In this document: positions 1 to 12,420 of the stretch, one piece after another
Layout: each line of letters opens with the position of its first letter
How positions within the stretch are numbered: position 1 is the stretch's first letter
NCBI RefSeq assembly: GCF_006345805.1
Contig: NC_042999.1
Span: 79,546,001-79,610,000, forward strand
Direction of reading: 5' to 3'
DNA length: 64,000 nt
DNA from: Octopus sinensis
Lineage: Eukaryota
The notes under the pieces: generated by a model
What the model was told of the DNA's origin: nothing
Seen by the model: the letters and a program-made list of their open reading frames with translations, nothing else
Database searches by the model: none
Program-made: the position numbers and the translations under genes

Positions 1-242
1 AGACTTCACACTTTCTTGTTTTAAATATAATTGTATTCTTTCAGCTGTGCACAAATATGTATATGAAATAGCACACAAATATGTTGCGGTACATGTTTCT
101 GAGACGGATAATAGGATGTAATTTGAAGGATATTTGTTTGGTATTTCTTACAGATCGAGCAACTGCATAGCGATTCCAGTGATTGCCTTGAAAATATTGG
201 CTATGCTAGTCGTTTTATTCAGGCTGAAGTTATGTTATAGAT

Positions 243-901
243 CAATGGTTATCAGCCTGGGGTCTGCGAACCCCTGTTGGTCCGCAAAGGTAGTACTAGG
301 GGCCCGTGAACTAAATTCTAAATTTCATATATATATACATATATATAGGAATTTTTTTTGTAATGAGATAAAAAAGCAAGGCAGTGAAAAATTTTAGAAC
401 ATTTATAAATAGAAGGTCTTACAACTGTTTCCAGGATAATTTTTATATCCCTTCATCGGAGACGGTGTAAGAAAATGGTTAAGTAATAGTTAATTTAGAT
501 AAGATTTGAAATAGAGAGTGAAGTGGAGGAATGAATTCATTCCCCCACTCTCTATTTTGTATCATATCTAAATTAATCATTACTTAACCATTTTCTCACA
601 CCGTCTCCGATAAAGAGATATAATGAATATCCTGGAAACAGCTGTAAGCCTTTCTATTTTAAAATGTTTTTTATAAATGTTTATTCATAAATATTTCACA
701 GCCTTAGTGTTTTTTTTATTCATTACGAAAAAAAAAATTTATATATACACTCGCTGATATATGACCTACGTTGGACTCCTTTATTCGCAATATCACCGAA
801 CCTGGAGCTTAACTATGGTCTATCTATAGCGCTTACTCAGCAGTACCTGACACCTTTGGGTCTTACTGACACCGTTATCTCTCATAACCACCATTTATAT
901 A

Positions 902-943
<42 letters not shown>

Positions 944-1022
944 GGATAAGTATATTAAAAGGGGTTCTCCTTGGTAAGACTCATTTAATTAAAAGGGTTG
1001 GGAACCCCTGTAGGAATCACTG
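243..1022. mobile_element. Non-autonomous hAT-like DNA transposon with a long internal palindrome
   Basis: Identical 8-bp flanks TTATAGAT at 235-242 and 1023-1030. Left end CAATGGTTATCAGCCTGGGGTC; right end GGTTGGGAACCCCTGTAGGAATCACTG. These resemble CAGTGGTTCCCAACC-type hAT termini. No transposase ORF. Confidence 0.75.
398..668. repeat. ~270-bp imperfect palindrome inside the hAT element
   Basis: Arms such as TTTCCAGGATA...CATCGGAGACGGTGTAAGAAAATGGTTAAGTAAT and ATTACTTAACCATTTTCTCACACCGTCTCCGAT...TATCCTGGAAA are centred on GAATTC at 533-538. Confidence 0.9.
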
Positions 1023-2149
1023 TTATAGATATTGAACTGCTTTCTCTGCTTCCTTTGCTTCAGTCGTTGGACTGCAACCATGCTGGGACACGGCTTTGAG
1101 TTGAATTTTTCTATTGTTTGTTGTTTTTTTTTGTCATAGAATGATTTTGCTTACTTTTGAAGAGCTTTGAAATAGATTGAACAACAATTGCTAGAAGGAT
1201 GAACATCACATAAAAAGCATAACGTTGTTATGGGCGGTTTCCCAGGCATGAGACCCCAGTTGTGAACACATTGTTGGCAGCTGGGTTAAGTGATAACAGT
1301 ATTAGTGAAGCGCCGAAGAACAAACACTTTTGAAACATCACAGTATTTAGTTACGACTTATCACATGACATATAGATAGCTAGGTAGATAGAGAGAAAGA
1401 TAGATAGATTGACAGACAGACAGAGAAATAGGCAAAACGGTCGATCAACAGACAGCTTGTTAAATAAGGAGGTAAGCTGAAAGATTGGTTGGTTCATAAA
1501 CCAATAGATAATTAAAGATTCAGATGAGAAAGTACAAATGGTTAAATTCATAATTCGAATGATAAAATATAGAAATAGAAACTGACTTGAAAATATATCT
1601 ATTAATATCAATAAAATTATTGATGTAAATAGATATATTAATTGATAGCATGATATATGCAACTGCATGTATACATTCACGTATGCGTACATACATACAA
1701 ATTTACAAACGTATACACACAAACACAGATATATATGTTGCTATATTTGGGGACGGCCATTTTGCCAATAAGCACACGCACACTATATTTGATCTTCACT
1801 TTAGCTTTATTGTTATTAGTTATTGTTTACTTCACAGATTTCTTTCTTATATTCTGTGATCTCAATGACTACTTGTTCTTATCTTTGTGTCCGCTTTTTT
1901 CTGACCTTTTCCCGTTTATTCCATATTGTCTCTCTGTGGTACCTCCGCATGCGTTTCTGTCTGTGCCTGCGTCTAGGGATTTGACGTGTATACATGTGTT
2001 TTACGTGTATATTCCACTGATTGTATCTATGCCTCTCTCTTTATTTTCCTGTGAAAATATGTTCAGGCTTTACGTTGCAGGGTGAGGGTGTTACTATTGC
2101 ATTCGTGCTTTCTGTTGAGGTTCAGTGTACTTCCTATTAGGAATTTTAC

Positions 2150-2530
2150 TGCCGTAACACATCTAAGTGTTGCGTCAGTTCTAAGATAGGAGCTTGACTT
2201 TTATGTTATCTATCAAGCACCCATGTCCGAGTTTGGTATGTTGTGCTACAGGCTGTCTCTTCGAGGACACATATTATTTGTAATAATAAAGCCAAAATGG
2301 AGATTAAATAAATAATGAAGATCAATAAATGTGTTTACATTGCCATAATAGATCGGTAGCCACTACACACATTTTTTTCTTCTCACCTTGTTTTTTCTGT
2401 GTCCCTTTCTGTAAAAGAGCGTAGGCTCGAAACATAAAAGACTTGTTCAATTCCTGAGCGTTATACTAATACATCTGTTTGTTTTGTATATCAACCTGTC
2501 TTCGTCTTTTGTTTTTTCGTGAACTCTCCC
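2150..2530 (+). mobile_element. Penelope-like terminal-repeat fragment with a degenerate hammerhead-like motif
   Basis: 2370-2530 is homologous to the reverse complement of 37240-37400. Motif CTGTAAAAGAGCGTAGGCTCGAAAC at 2409-2433. The PLE assignment is inferred from this motif only. Confidence 0.4.
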
Positions 2531-2561
2531 TGTTGTATATATATACATATGCATATATATT

Positions 2562-2613
<52 letters not shown>

Positions 2614-2833
2614 GTGTCTATACATACTGACATATAACATACATTTATATCCATACATAAAGTATTGGAGGAAAAGTAACTCAAAAGAGAAGATAGAGTG
2701 AATGGAGAGATCTACCTTGTGTTACATATCCATAATTTGAAAATTTATGATTAGAGGGATATATATACGAACGCAGATAGAAAATACAAACCATAACTGT
2801 ATGAAGAAATATGGATTGCCAGATTTCAGAGTA

Positions 2834-2895
<62 letters not shown>

Positions 2896-3109
2896 TGGAT
2901 TAATATATAGTATGTGTGTGTATATATATATGTATATATATAATATACTTTACATACATAAGACAAAGACATACAAACACAGGCTTACACTCACAGACAC
3001 CCTCACACACATACACACATTTTACATACATACTTACATACACATATGTGTAAACACATACATATATACTTGTGTTTGTGTTTGAGTATTTAGAACTAGA
3101 GTGCATTTT

Positions 3110-3143
<34 letters not shown>

Positions 3144-3332
3144 CAGAGAGAGAGAGAGAGAAGGAATGAGAAAGAGAAAAGTGGAAAGAGGGAATAGAAT
3201 GAGAAAGATAAAGGCGGATAGATGTGAGGGAGAGGAGTGAGAAAAATAATATGGGTATATATGTAAATTATATACGTCAGACGAAAAGAATGATTAATTG
3301 AGTTGCATAAAAATAGACAGCTTGAAAGAGAA

Positions 3333-3381
<49 letters not shown>

Positions 3382-3924
3382 GAGAAAGAGAGAGAGAGAT
3401 AGACAGACAGACAGACAGAGAGACAGAGAGAGAATGCATAAAAGAAAGAAAGCAGCAAAGAGAAGTGTAGAGATGTCTAACATGAGAAATATACATACGC
3501 ACATATATATTCATTATTGTCATATGTATGTATGTATATATATATGTATAAATATATGTTACATATACATATCCAGACATAAATATATATATATACATTC
3601 GCTCATACATATATACGTATATATGTGTTTATGTGTGTGCGAATGAGTAGCAAAAGGAGAGTGGGAAAAGGGAGATAATGAAACAGATAAAACGGAAGAA
3701 CAAGTAGTAAAGAAAGAAAAAAAAAAGTAGTTAGGTGGGAGATTGGAGGGGGGGAGGTCATACAATATGGGCTTGTATGTAAATAGATATGACAGCTGAA
3801 ATGGGAAGAATGAAAAGTTAAGGGAGTAATTTTATTGAAAATGAAATAAAATATGACAAAAGATAGACGAAAATTTTTGATCCCCGGAGTATAATATACA
3901 TACATAGACACACACACACAAGCG

Positions 3925-3969
3925 CATAATATATAATATATATATATATTATGTATATATATATATATG

Positions 3970-4013
<44 letters not shown>

Positions 4014-4026
4014 TATATATATACAT

Positions 4027-4120
<94 letters not shown>

Positions 4121-4124
4121 CTAC

Positions 4125-4161
<37 letters not shown>

Positions 4162-4294
4162 CATATATATCTTATTACATATATATATACATATATATAT
4201 ATATCTATATAACATATATACATATATACTATATATAACATATATACATATATACATATATAATACATATATACAGATATATATATATATATAC

Positions 4295-4334
<40 letters not shown>

Positions 4335-4375
4335 TATATGTATGTATATGTATATATATGTATAATATGTATGTG
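3925..4375. repeat. Very long compound (AT)n/(ATAC) microsatellite
   Basis: About 450 bp of almost uninterrupted AT dinucleotide with scattered C/G; it is the source of the YI-rich pseudo-ORFs. Confidence 0.95.
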
Positions 4376-4614
4376 TACTATAGGGCGTGGTGTGTTCTAT
4401 AGTAGGCTGTGTATGGGTTGTAGTCTGGCGTAGTATAGTGTGGTGTGTATGGCAGTGTATGACGTTCGGTGTGCTTTATATAGTGGGCGTGGTATTTGTG
4501 CTGTCCATGGTGTTGTAATGAGTGTGTGTGCATATATATATATATATATATATACATACATACATACATATATATATATATATACACACACATACACACT
4601 TATGTATTTATATA

Positions 4615-4646
<32 letters not shown>

Positions 4647-4768
4647 CTTCTTCTTCTTCTCCACCTCTTCCTGCTTTTTCCCATTATTATTATTATTATT
4701 ATAGAAACAGTTTGATTCGGCTCCGTTCGGCTTAAATTTTTGTGAGCTTCTTAAAGAAACCTACCTCG

Positions 4769-4830
4769 TCGAGCTCAGTTATTTAAGTGGAGACTATATA
4801 TATAGTCTCCGATCAAATAACTGAGCTCGA
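4769..4830. repeat. 62-bp hairpin/palindrome
   Basis: TCGAGCTCAGTTATTT (4769-4784) pairs with AAATAACTGAGCTCGA (4815-4830); GGAGACTATA pairs with TATAGTCTCC; 4x4 internal loop. Confidence 0.85.
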
Positions 4831-4974
4831 TATATAAATATATATATATATAATATATAAATATATATATACATACATATATATATATGTATATATATGT
4901 CTGTATATATACACACACACACATGTTCACATACATATCCCTATACATATGTACGTATGTGTGTATGCCTTCCA

Positions 4975-5165
4975 CTAACGCTTGAGATCGGTGTTAATGA
5001 GTTTACATCCCCGGAATATAGTGGTTCCGCAAAGTGAGAGACGGAAGAAGTACCAGGCTTAAAAAAAAACTAAGCGCTGTGATGGATTCCTTCGACTAAA
5101 ATTTCCCAAGGAAATGACCCAGTATGGCTGCTGTCCAATCACTGAAAGCAGTAAAAGATAAACGA
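4975..5165 (+). mobile_element. Diverged 3' module of SINE family B
   Basis: Degenerate match to the tail GCTTGACAACCGATGCTGGTGTGTTTACGTCCCCGTAACTTAGCGGTTCGGC...GACTGAAACAAGTAAAAGA seen at 26770-26945. Confidence 0.6.
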
Positions 5166-5185
5166 TGAAAGATACACACACGCTC

Positions 5186-5275
<90 letters not shown>

Positions 5276-5299
5276 AATAAAATAGAATATATGCATATA

Positions 5300-5585
5300 T
5301 ATAAACATATATGTACGTACCTACCTCTACATGTACATATACACGCATATATGTGTACAGGACACCAAAAAGACGTCGAACACATAGAGAGACGAAACAC
5401 ATAGACACAAACCAAGGAACAAGACAAGCAAAAAAAAGGGAGAGATACAGGACAATAAGCACAACGAAAAATCCCCTTCTTCAGTCGCTAAGATTTCATC
5501 TACTAAACGTTTCGAAGGATAAAAGCGAGACGTATACTTCGAAGAAAAATTCCTTCCCGCGAAAAGCAAATCAATTAAAATTCTA
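5300..5585 (-). mobile_element. Interspersed repeat (probable Penelope-like terminal repeat), copy 1
   Basis: Homologous to 11640-12020; both share TCCCCTTCTTCAGT...TTTCGAAG...CTTCG...TCCTTCCCGC. The minus strand reads CTGAAGAAGGGG. Confidence 0.55.
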
Positions 5586-5595
5586 TATATATATA

Positions 5596-5638
<43 letters not shown>

Positions 5639-5978
5639 ATTCGTTTTATTTTGTTGATTGATTGATTTTCCAAATTGTTAATTTGCAAATATTATACTAA
5701 TGTATTTTCATGCAGAACTACACTTTATCAAAAAATTCCCTCCAAAAATGAATGTTCGGAAGGTGTATTTTGTAAATATAAATCAGAGGAGAAAAAGTAA
5801 GAAAGTAGGAAAAAGGAAAAAAAATGGAGAAAAGAGGAAAAAGAGTGGGAAACAGTGAAAGAAAGCAAAATGATCCTCCTTAAACCCATGAAATACAATG
5901 GTAAAGGAAAAACTAATTTCATAAATGAATGAATCGTCAATTGGAAGGTGGATACCCTTTCTCTCGCTCTTTCCCTCT

Positions 5979-6849
5979 GTTCTGCACGCACTCGTGCAGT
6001 GTCCAACAATTTCCGACCTGTGGGCTTATGTCGAACAACTGCTGTCACGTGTGGGACGAGTCGGTTTATCAGCTGAGTCTATCGTCAATATTGTGATGCC
6101 TCCTTCCTTCAAACGGGAAGGAAGAGCTATTTTCATAATCCTTGTGGCTATGGCGAAGGAATGTATCTGGTGGACGCGTCTGAAAGGATTGGAGCCAAAC
6201 ACTTTCCTCTCTGGTCAATCTCTCATCAACTTCTTCAAGTACCACTTGAAGAGGAAAGTGAGAGTAGAGAGGCAAGTTTTGTCTAGCGAATGTTTTAAAA
6301 AAAGATGGGTGAATGTAGCAAGGATGGCACGTATGAATGACGAAGCCACCTTGAGCATAATCCTATGAACCCAGAAATTGAAAACAGAGGGTTACCCACT
6401 TGCAAACAAATGTGGTAACATATAACAATATTGACCAAGGTTACCGTGGTCTTTTTCGTAGGCTTTTCTTCCCACGGATAAACCTTACTTGCTTTCCCCT
6501 TTACACCATATATCATAACACTGTGATACACGATTCCTATTGATCGTTCTTTTTTTTCCTCTTCCCCTTTTCCCCCCTTTTTTTCTTCTTTTTTTCATTT
6601 TTCTTTTCTCTTGTTCCTTTTCCTTTTCCTTTTTTTTATTTTATTTTATTTTTTTTATTTATTCTTTTTATTTATTTATTTATTTATTTTTTTTGTTCTT
6701 TTCTTCTCTTTTACGATCCCTCTTGATCGAAAACCTACGCCACCCCCTTTTTTCCTTTTTTTTTGTTGTTTTCTTCATCCCCCAAAAGAAAAGCTCTACC
6801 TTGTAACTTGTCCCATCTGTGTGCAGCCCTGTGTGGCCAATAAAGAAAC
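5979..6849 (+). mobile_element. 5'-truncated Tx1/L1-clade LINE (ORF2 C-terminus plus 3' UTR)
   Basis: Open frame VLHALVQCPTISDLWAYVEQLL...AKECIWWTR...stop at 6368. It matches the HxxxxC...W end of the L1/Tx1 zinc knuckle. A T-rich 3' UTR follows and ends at AATAAAGAAAC (6839-6849). Confidence 0.75.
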
Positions 6850-6942
6850 TTCTCTATATTTCTATCTATCCATTGAATAGATTTCACTGTCCTGACTATT
6901 TAATTACCTGGTTCACTTGAATCCTGAACTTATATTATATAT

Positions 6943-6997
<55 letters not shown>

Positions 6998-7079
6998 TAT
7001 ATATATAAAAAAGTTTAATTTAAATAAAAAATTAAAGCTTCAATAGAAGACATTAAAATGTAGTATCGAAACCTCGTTT

Positions 7080-7860
7080 CGAGTAAGCCTCAAGTAGCAT
7101 ACCTGTAGATCGCGTTCGCTTTCGTCGCTGGATCTAGTAAGGAATTCATAGGTGCACGTTTGGGTGTATTCTAAATGATTGTTACGGAAGATGGTGTGCA
7201 TTTAGCACAGCAATCGTTTCGGTTGCCTTTTGCACTGTTCTTTTGTGAGTGGCGAACGATGTACTGACATCAGATGCATCTCGCAGTGCAAAGGGGCACC
7301 ATCAGGTGACGTCATAGGTTTCAAAAGTTTATAAAATTTACATTTCACTCCAGGCTAGATTCTGATGGTATTATGGTGTGTTGCTAGTAGTTCACACACA
7401 TTGATGAAATAAGGATACTTGTGGCCTGTATACAGGAAGTGGTTGATAAAAATACAAAGAATATAATGTAAGGTGGGGAGCTGTTAATGCCATTGACGGT
7501 GTGGTCAAGAATTTGGTGGGGGTGTGATAACGTAAGTTGTCTATGGTTGAAAAGTTGGAACCCTTAGGTTATCAGTAAATATCCAGTTTCAAGAATATTA
7601 AGATAAAATATGTGTAAGCATATATTTGTGAAGTTTCAATGTATTAGTAAATAATGGTGGGGGTGTTTTTTTTTATATATCTGATATGTAGGGTTTCGGT
7701 TTGTAGGTTTTTAGGTGTAAGCAGTTTGCATTTGTACAAGACAGAATTAATTTGGAAATGGGTTATATGGTCTTATGAACTATCTTCTGGTCATGCTTGA
7801 CAAAACTACATAACATCATGCAGCGATAAAGCGTTTCGAGTAATGCCCATTTTCAATACA
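7080..7860 (-). mobile_element. Highly decayed Penelope-like remnant (GIY-YIG end plus terminal region)
   Basis: Minus-strand fragments IRYIKKNTPPLFTN and WIFT..L..F.P weakly resemble PLE endonuclease C-termini. They are followed by TGACGTCACCTGATG...CCGAAAC with an internal stem. Confidence 0.4.
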
Positions 7861-7900
7861 CATACTTTTATCTGAAATAACTTCCTTTATATAAATATAT

Positions 7901-8132
7901 ATTTCTTTACTGCCCACAAGGGGCTAAACACAGAGGGGACAAACAAGGACAGACAAACGGATTAAGCCGATAATATCGACCCCAGTGCGAAACTGGTACT
8001 TTATATATCGACCCCGAAAGTATGAAAGGCAAAGTCGACCTCGGCGGAATTTGAACTCAGAACGTAACGACAGACGAAATACCGCTAAGCATTTCGCCCG
8101 GCGCGATAATGTTTCTGCCAGCTCGCCGCCTT
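7901..8132 (-). mobile_element. tRNA-derived SINE family A, full length
   Basis: The reverse complement begins AAGGCGGCGAGCTGGCAGAAAC, has B-box-like GAGTTCAAATTCC and central GTCGACTTTGCCTTTCAT...GGGGTCGAT, and ends GTGGGCAGTAAAGAAAT. Confidence 0.92.
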
Positions 8133-9545
8133 AAACTGCCTTTATATATTGGGGCTCTACATCCATTAGAACAAAAGAATTTTTTTTGCATATTATATCA
8201 CAAAGTATTACCATTTGTTATTTTCAGTCATTTAAAAAACGGGCCAAATTTCTAAATAACTCTAACACAAGCGCACGTTTATACCTTCACTGATAAACAG
8301 AGATATATCTTATATGAAAATAATTGCTGAGGTTTATTGTCTGGTCTGTTAGAGACAAAACATATGCATTTACACATACACACACATTACACACACACAC
8401 ACACACGCAAACACACACATATATAAATATTAAAGCTTCATGATTAAAAACAACGAAGCCAAGATAAACGTAACATCTTTTAATCTATTGACTGTAGCAA
8501 ATGGCTTTACACCGAAGTCAGCATAATTAACTTAGCGTTAGTCGTGATATCAAGCTTTATTAATAGTCACGAGCTATTACGCAGAAATGCTCCGGTTACA
8601 GCTGGCTGCTCTTTTGAGTTTATTGTTTTTTATACTGAATACATGTCTTGATTTCTTTATCTTTGGTGCTCAACTGTTTGAATCTTCATCATTAAAGTTG
8701 TGTTATTTTTTATTATTTTTTTTGCTTTTGTCTTTCATCCACTCCCTGTTTCTATATACCTGCGTGCATGTATGTGTGTGTGTGTATGTATATATATATA
8801 TATATTATATATAATATATATATATATATATATATGCATACATACATATGTATCTGTGTGTGCGCGCGTATGTGTGCGTGGATGTGTATATATATATATT
8901 TTTTTATATAAACACAGATACGCTTACGTTTCCCTCTCATCTCTCTCTCTTTGTATCTATCTATCTATATATCTACACACATATATATGTATGTATGTAT
9001 GTATGTATGCATGCATGTATGTATGTGTTTTTCATTGGTGCGGTTCTTTTGTTCGCATCTTTACTCTTAAACTTTGTTTCCACATTCTTCTTTTCTTCCT
9101 TTCATTCTCACAACCGCCGCTGCCTGGTGTTACTACTGCTACTACTACAACTACTGCTACTTTTCTGGTGATGACGATGATTATGATGATGATGATAATG
9201 AGAAGAAGGAGGAGGAGGAGAGGCAGGAAGAGTTAGAAAAGAAGAAGGAGGAAATATCTATACGTATTCATTTCAGCATTTCACTTATATTCATATTTTT
9301 CTCGGTATAATTCCTGTTATTTACTCCTAACTACCACTCATAATATCAATAACTGGGTACCATGCCACAATGGATATTGATTCAGGGTACCATATCCCAA
9401 TTCTATATGTTCGTGGCCATATGCCAAATCCTTACCATGATTAAATACCAAAATGCAGTTTAACAAATCTTTTAACAAGGTCAACATATGGTTTATTCAA
9501 CGAATCTTTACAGATGAACAATGTTTCCAATATTTATGAAATCGT

Positions 9546-9905
9546 AATTCTGTCGAGGTCGGCTTTGTCTTTCATCCTTTCCCGTTCGATAAAATAGGTA
9601 CCAATTGAGTACTGGGGTCAATGTAATCGACATAGCCCCTTCCCCGTAAATTTTGGCCTTGTGCCAAAAATATAAACCAATATTAATGAAATCTTTGGCG
9701 GTGAGCTGGCAGAATCTTTAGGATCCTGGGCAAAATGTTTAGCTGTATTAAGTTTTTACGTTTAATGTTCAAATTTCACTGAGGTCGACTTTGCTTTTTA
9801 TCCTTTTTGGGTCGATGAAATAAGTACCAGTCAAGTTCTGGGGTCGATGTAATGGACATACTCTTCTCAATGCTTGCTGGCCTTGTGCCAACACTTGAAA
9901 CCTAT
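9546..9905 (+). mobile_element. Two tandem diverged family A SINE copies (9546-9675 and 9698-9905)
   Basis: Both carry GAGGTCG(A/G)CTTTG..TTT(C/T)ATCC...TCGAT.AAATA.GTACCA and the GGCCTTGTGCCAA tail variant. Confidence 0.75.
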
Positions 9906-10069
9906 ATTTAGGAAATTGATTAAATCCAGAATACAACGCTTAAAATTCTTTGCTTTCTATAGACACGAGTTTTTACGTTGTGGGTCCAATCCTGCTTAAA
10001 TCCATTTGGCATTCCACCCTTCCAAAGCTGATGAAGGAGCGCCAGCAAAGTACTGAAATCGATATAATT

Positions 10070-10304
10070 CTTTTATTCTTTTATTTGTTTCAGTCATTTG
10101 ACTGCGGCCATGCTGGAGTGCCGCCTTTAGTCGAACAAATCGACCCCAAGACTTATTCTTTGTAAGTCTAGAACTTATTCTATCGGTGTCTTTTGCCGAA
10201 CCTCTAATTTATGGAGACATAAACACATAAACATCTGTTATCAAGCGATGGTGGGGAGACAAGCACAGAAACACACACACACACACACACCACACACACA
10301 CACA

Positions 10305-10371
<67 letters not shown>

Positions 10372-10546
10372 CACACACACGACAGATTTCTTTCCGTGTA
10401 ATAAATCCATTATAATCCATTCACAAAGCTTTGGTCGGCCCGAGGCTACAATAGAAGACACTTGCCCAAGGTGCCATGCAGTGGGACCGAACCCGGAACC
10501 ATGTGGCTGGTAAGCAAGCTACTTACCGCACAGCCACTCCTGCGCC
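10070..10546 (-). mobile_element. SINE family B (CORE-like), full length with internal microsatellite
   Basis: Head GGCGCAGGAGTGGCTGTGCGGTAAG...GGTTCGGTCC, CORE-like CACCTTGGGCAAGTGTCTTC, an internal (AT)n/(GT)n stretch, then the tail ending GACTGAAACAAATAAAAGA. Confidence 0.9.
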
Positions 10547-10694
10547 TATTGAATATATTTCTGACCTTACTTGAATGGGCTTATCTGTATGCTAAAAATC
10601 AGTATTGCCATCTATTACATCTCGTATGGTTAGCTTTCAGGTCGTCTCAAAGTTTCTTATTTATGTATGAGTATCTGAATTGATCTGAATTAGG

Positions 10695-10897
10695 GGTCAC
10701 CGGTAATAAAGTCACAGGAAAAACGTCACGGTCACAAAGTCACAATTTAGGCTAGGTAAAAAGTCACAATTTATGGTCTCCAGACAAAACATCCCAAGGA
10801 CAAAGCCCCCTCGGACTACCCTCACCCCCTGGAAAAAACCCTGTGACATTTTTCCTGTGACTTTTTACCTGTGACTTTTTTTTTTTTACCTGGATTC
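10695..10897. mobile_element. MITE with inverted subterminal repeat arrays and 8-bp TSD
   Basis: GAATTAGG at 10687-10694 and 10898-10905. Four to five AAAGTCAC-like motifs on the left face three GTGAC(T/A)TTT on the right. Ends GGTCACCGGTAA / TTACCTGGATTC. Confidence 0.75.
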
Positions 10898-11536
10898 GAA
10901 TTAGGAGCTATAACTTTTAATCTAACATTAATGCACTTTTTATCCACCAGATTTTTGCTTCTCCAATGAATATATACCATCGCCTAACCAAATATTACTG
11001 AAATAATTTAACATTCCATTTCATGAAAAATATTCAAAGATAGATTTTACATATATTTAAGACTCTTTCTTCGCCATAGAACTTAGGAAGCTAAACATTT
11101 GAAACCGTCTCAATTCATGTTAAAAGTGGTATTTTGTCTCCTCTGCTTTCAGACCTCTTGTAACCTCTTCCACCGTGAGCAACACTACCCTAGATTCCTG
11201 ACGCAAATGAATCTTGGAATATAATACGTGGTGAAGTATTGGATATTATAAGCGTGTAAACTAGTGTAGATGTAAATATTGACAAATCTTCGAGAAGTTT
11301 AGTGATAGTCTTGGAGTTAAAAACGTGAAGTAAAAGGTGGAGGATCCTAAGTCGTGAGTACACATACAAACATACACACATACACCCTCTCTCTCGCCAC
11401 CCCCCATACAAAGAAACACACACGCACACACAGGCACAAACACATACATACATATTGTAGGGAAAGTCAGCACCAGTGCGCCGGCAGTTGGTAGGGTGGG
11501 CCGGCGTTGATCATCAATCAGTAGGTTTTAAATCCG

Positions 11537-11572
<36 letters not shown>

Positions 11573-11639
11573 TAGATAAAACTTACTTGGAAAAGAATGC
11601 GTGGCGTTAGATCATATAATTATATAAATAATACATAAA

Positions 11640-12420
11640 TATATGTATATATACATATATGTACATACCTACGTATATATGTATATATATACAGGCATAT
11701 ATGGGTACAAGACATCAAAAAAACAAAAACGTTGAACACAATGAGAAACGAAAACGTAAAAACAAAAACATAGAAACGAACTTTTTTCTGTTGTGTCTGG
11801 GGAGAGTCATTTTCTTTTTGTACCTTATAATGTAACACACTCACCAGTAAAATTTCCACTTATTTCTTATTTTTATTTTCCAGAGAAACGAGACATACAA
11901 CATAAAGAATATTCCCCTTCTTCAGTTGTCCCTGTTTCATTTACTCCGTATTTCGAAGTTAAGGACAAGACGCGACTTCGTTGAAACAATCCTTCCCGCA
12001 AACAAATTAAATAAAATTTGGGATTTTTTGCAGAGGGTAAAAGTAGTAACAAGACTAGGACAGTGAGAGCAAAACAGTTGCAAACGCATAACTTTCAAAG
12101 CGTGATGTGATGTAGTGGTCTTGTGTACAAGAGAGGCTGCGCTTCGTTTCAAATTCTCCTGTCATCTTCAATCTTTCTGGCCACATACCCATGAATGGTC
12201 TTTTTTTGTGTATGCTGAGTGCTTTCCATCCAGATCTTCTCTGCGGTAAGAGAGGGCAGCTGTTTTGTGGCTGTAAAGGAGATCATCAGGAAGAGAGTGT
12301 TTCTTGAGGAGTGCACTGCCAACTCGTACAATGTTGCACACTTCACTTTTCAGGATTGCATTAATATTTTTATTTTTACTGCTGATGTTTAGCAGATACT
12401 GCTGTGTGATAACATATGTA
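11640..12420 (-). mobile_element. Penelope-like remnant (decayed endonuclease C-terminus plus terminal repeat), copy 2 of the 5300 family
   Basis: 11640-12020 is homologous to 5300-5585. The upstream minus strand gives KKHSLPDD and AEKIWME...IHG, weakly like PLE GIY-YIG C-termini. Confidence 0.45.

Noticed and set aside
895-945. Recurrent single AA or TT interruptions inside long (AT)n runs throughout the window as a coded pattern
   Set aside because: More simply explained by slippage or long-read consensus indels; raw reads are needed. The same caveat applies to homopolymer-adjacent frameshifts such as the one near 40093.
1180-1350. Possible LINE endonuclease relic (HNVVMGGF)
   Set aside because: One weak motif with no supporting downstream motifs.
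2519-5462. Many long ORFs rich in YI, CV, HT or LS (also at 13583-13936, 37736-38163, 47582-47928, 49794-50107, 63019-63994 and elsewhere)
   Set aside because: They are translations of (AT)n, (GT)n, (AC)n and (CT)n microsatellites, which lack stop codons in some frames.
5925-6368. 147-aa ORF as a host gene
   Set aside because: It matches the end of an L1/Tx1 ORF2, has a diverged paralogous fragment at 23555-23870, and its first ~18 codons are flanking DNA.
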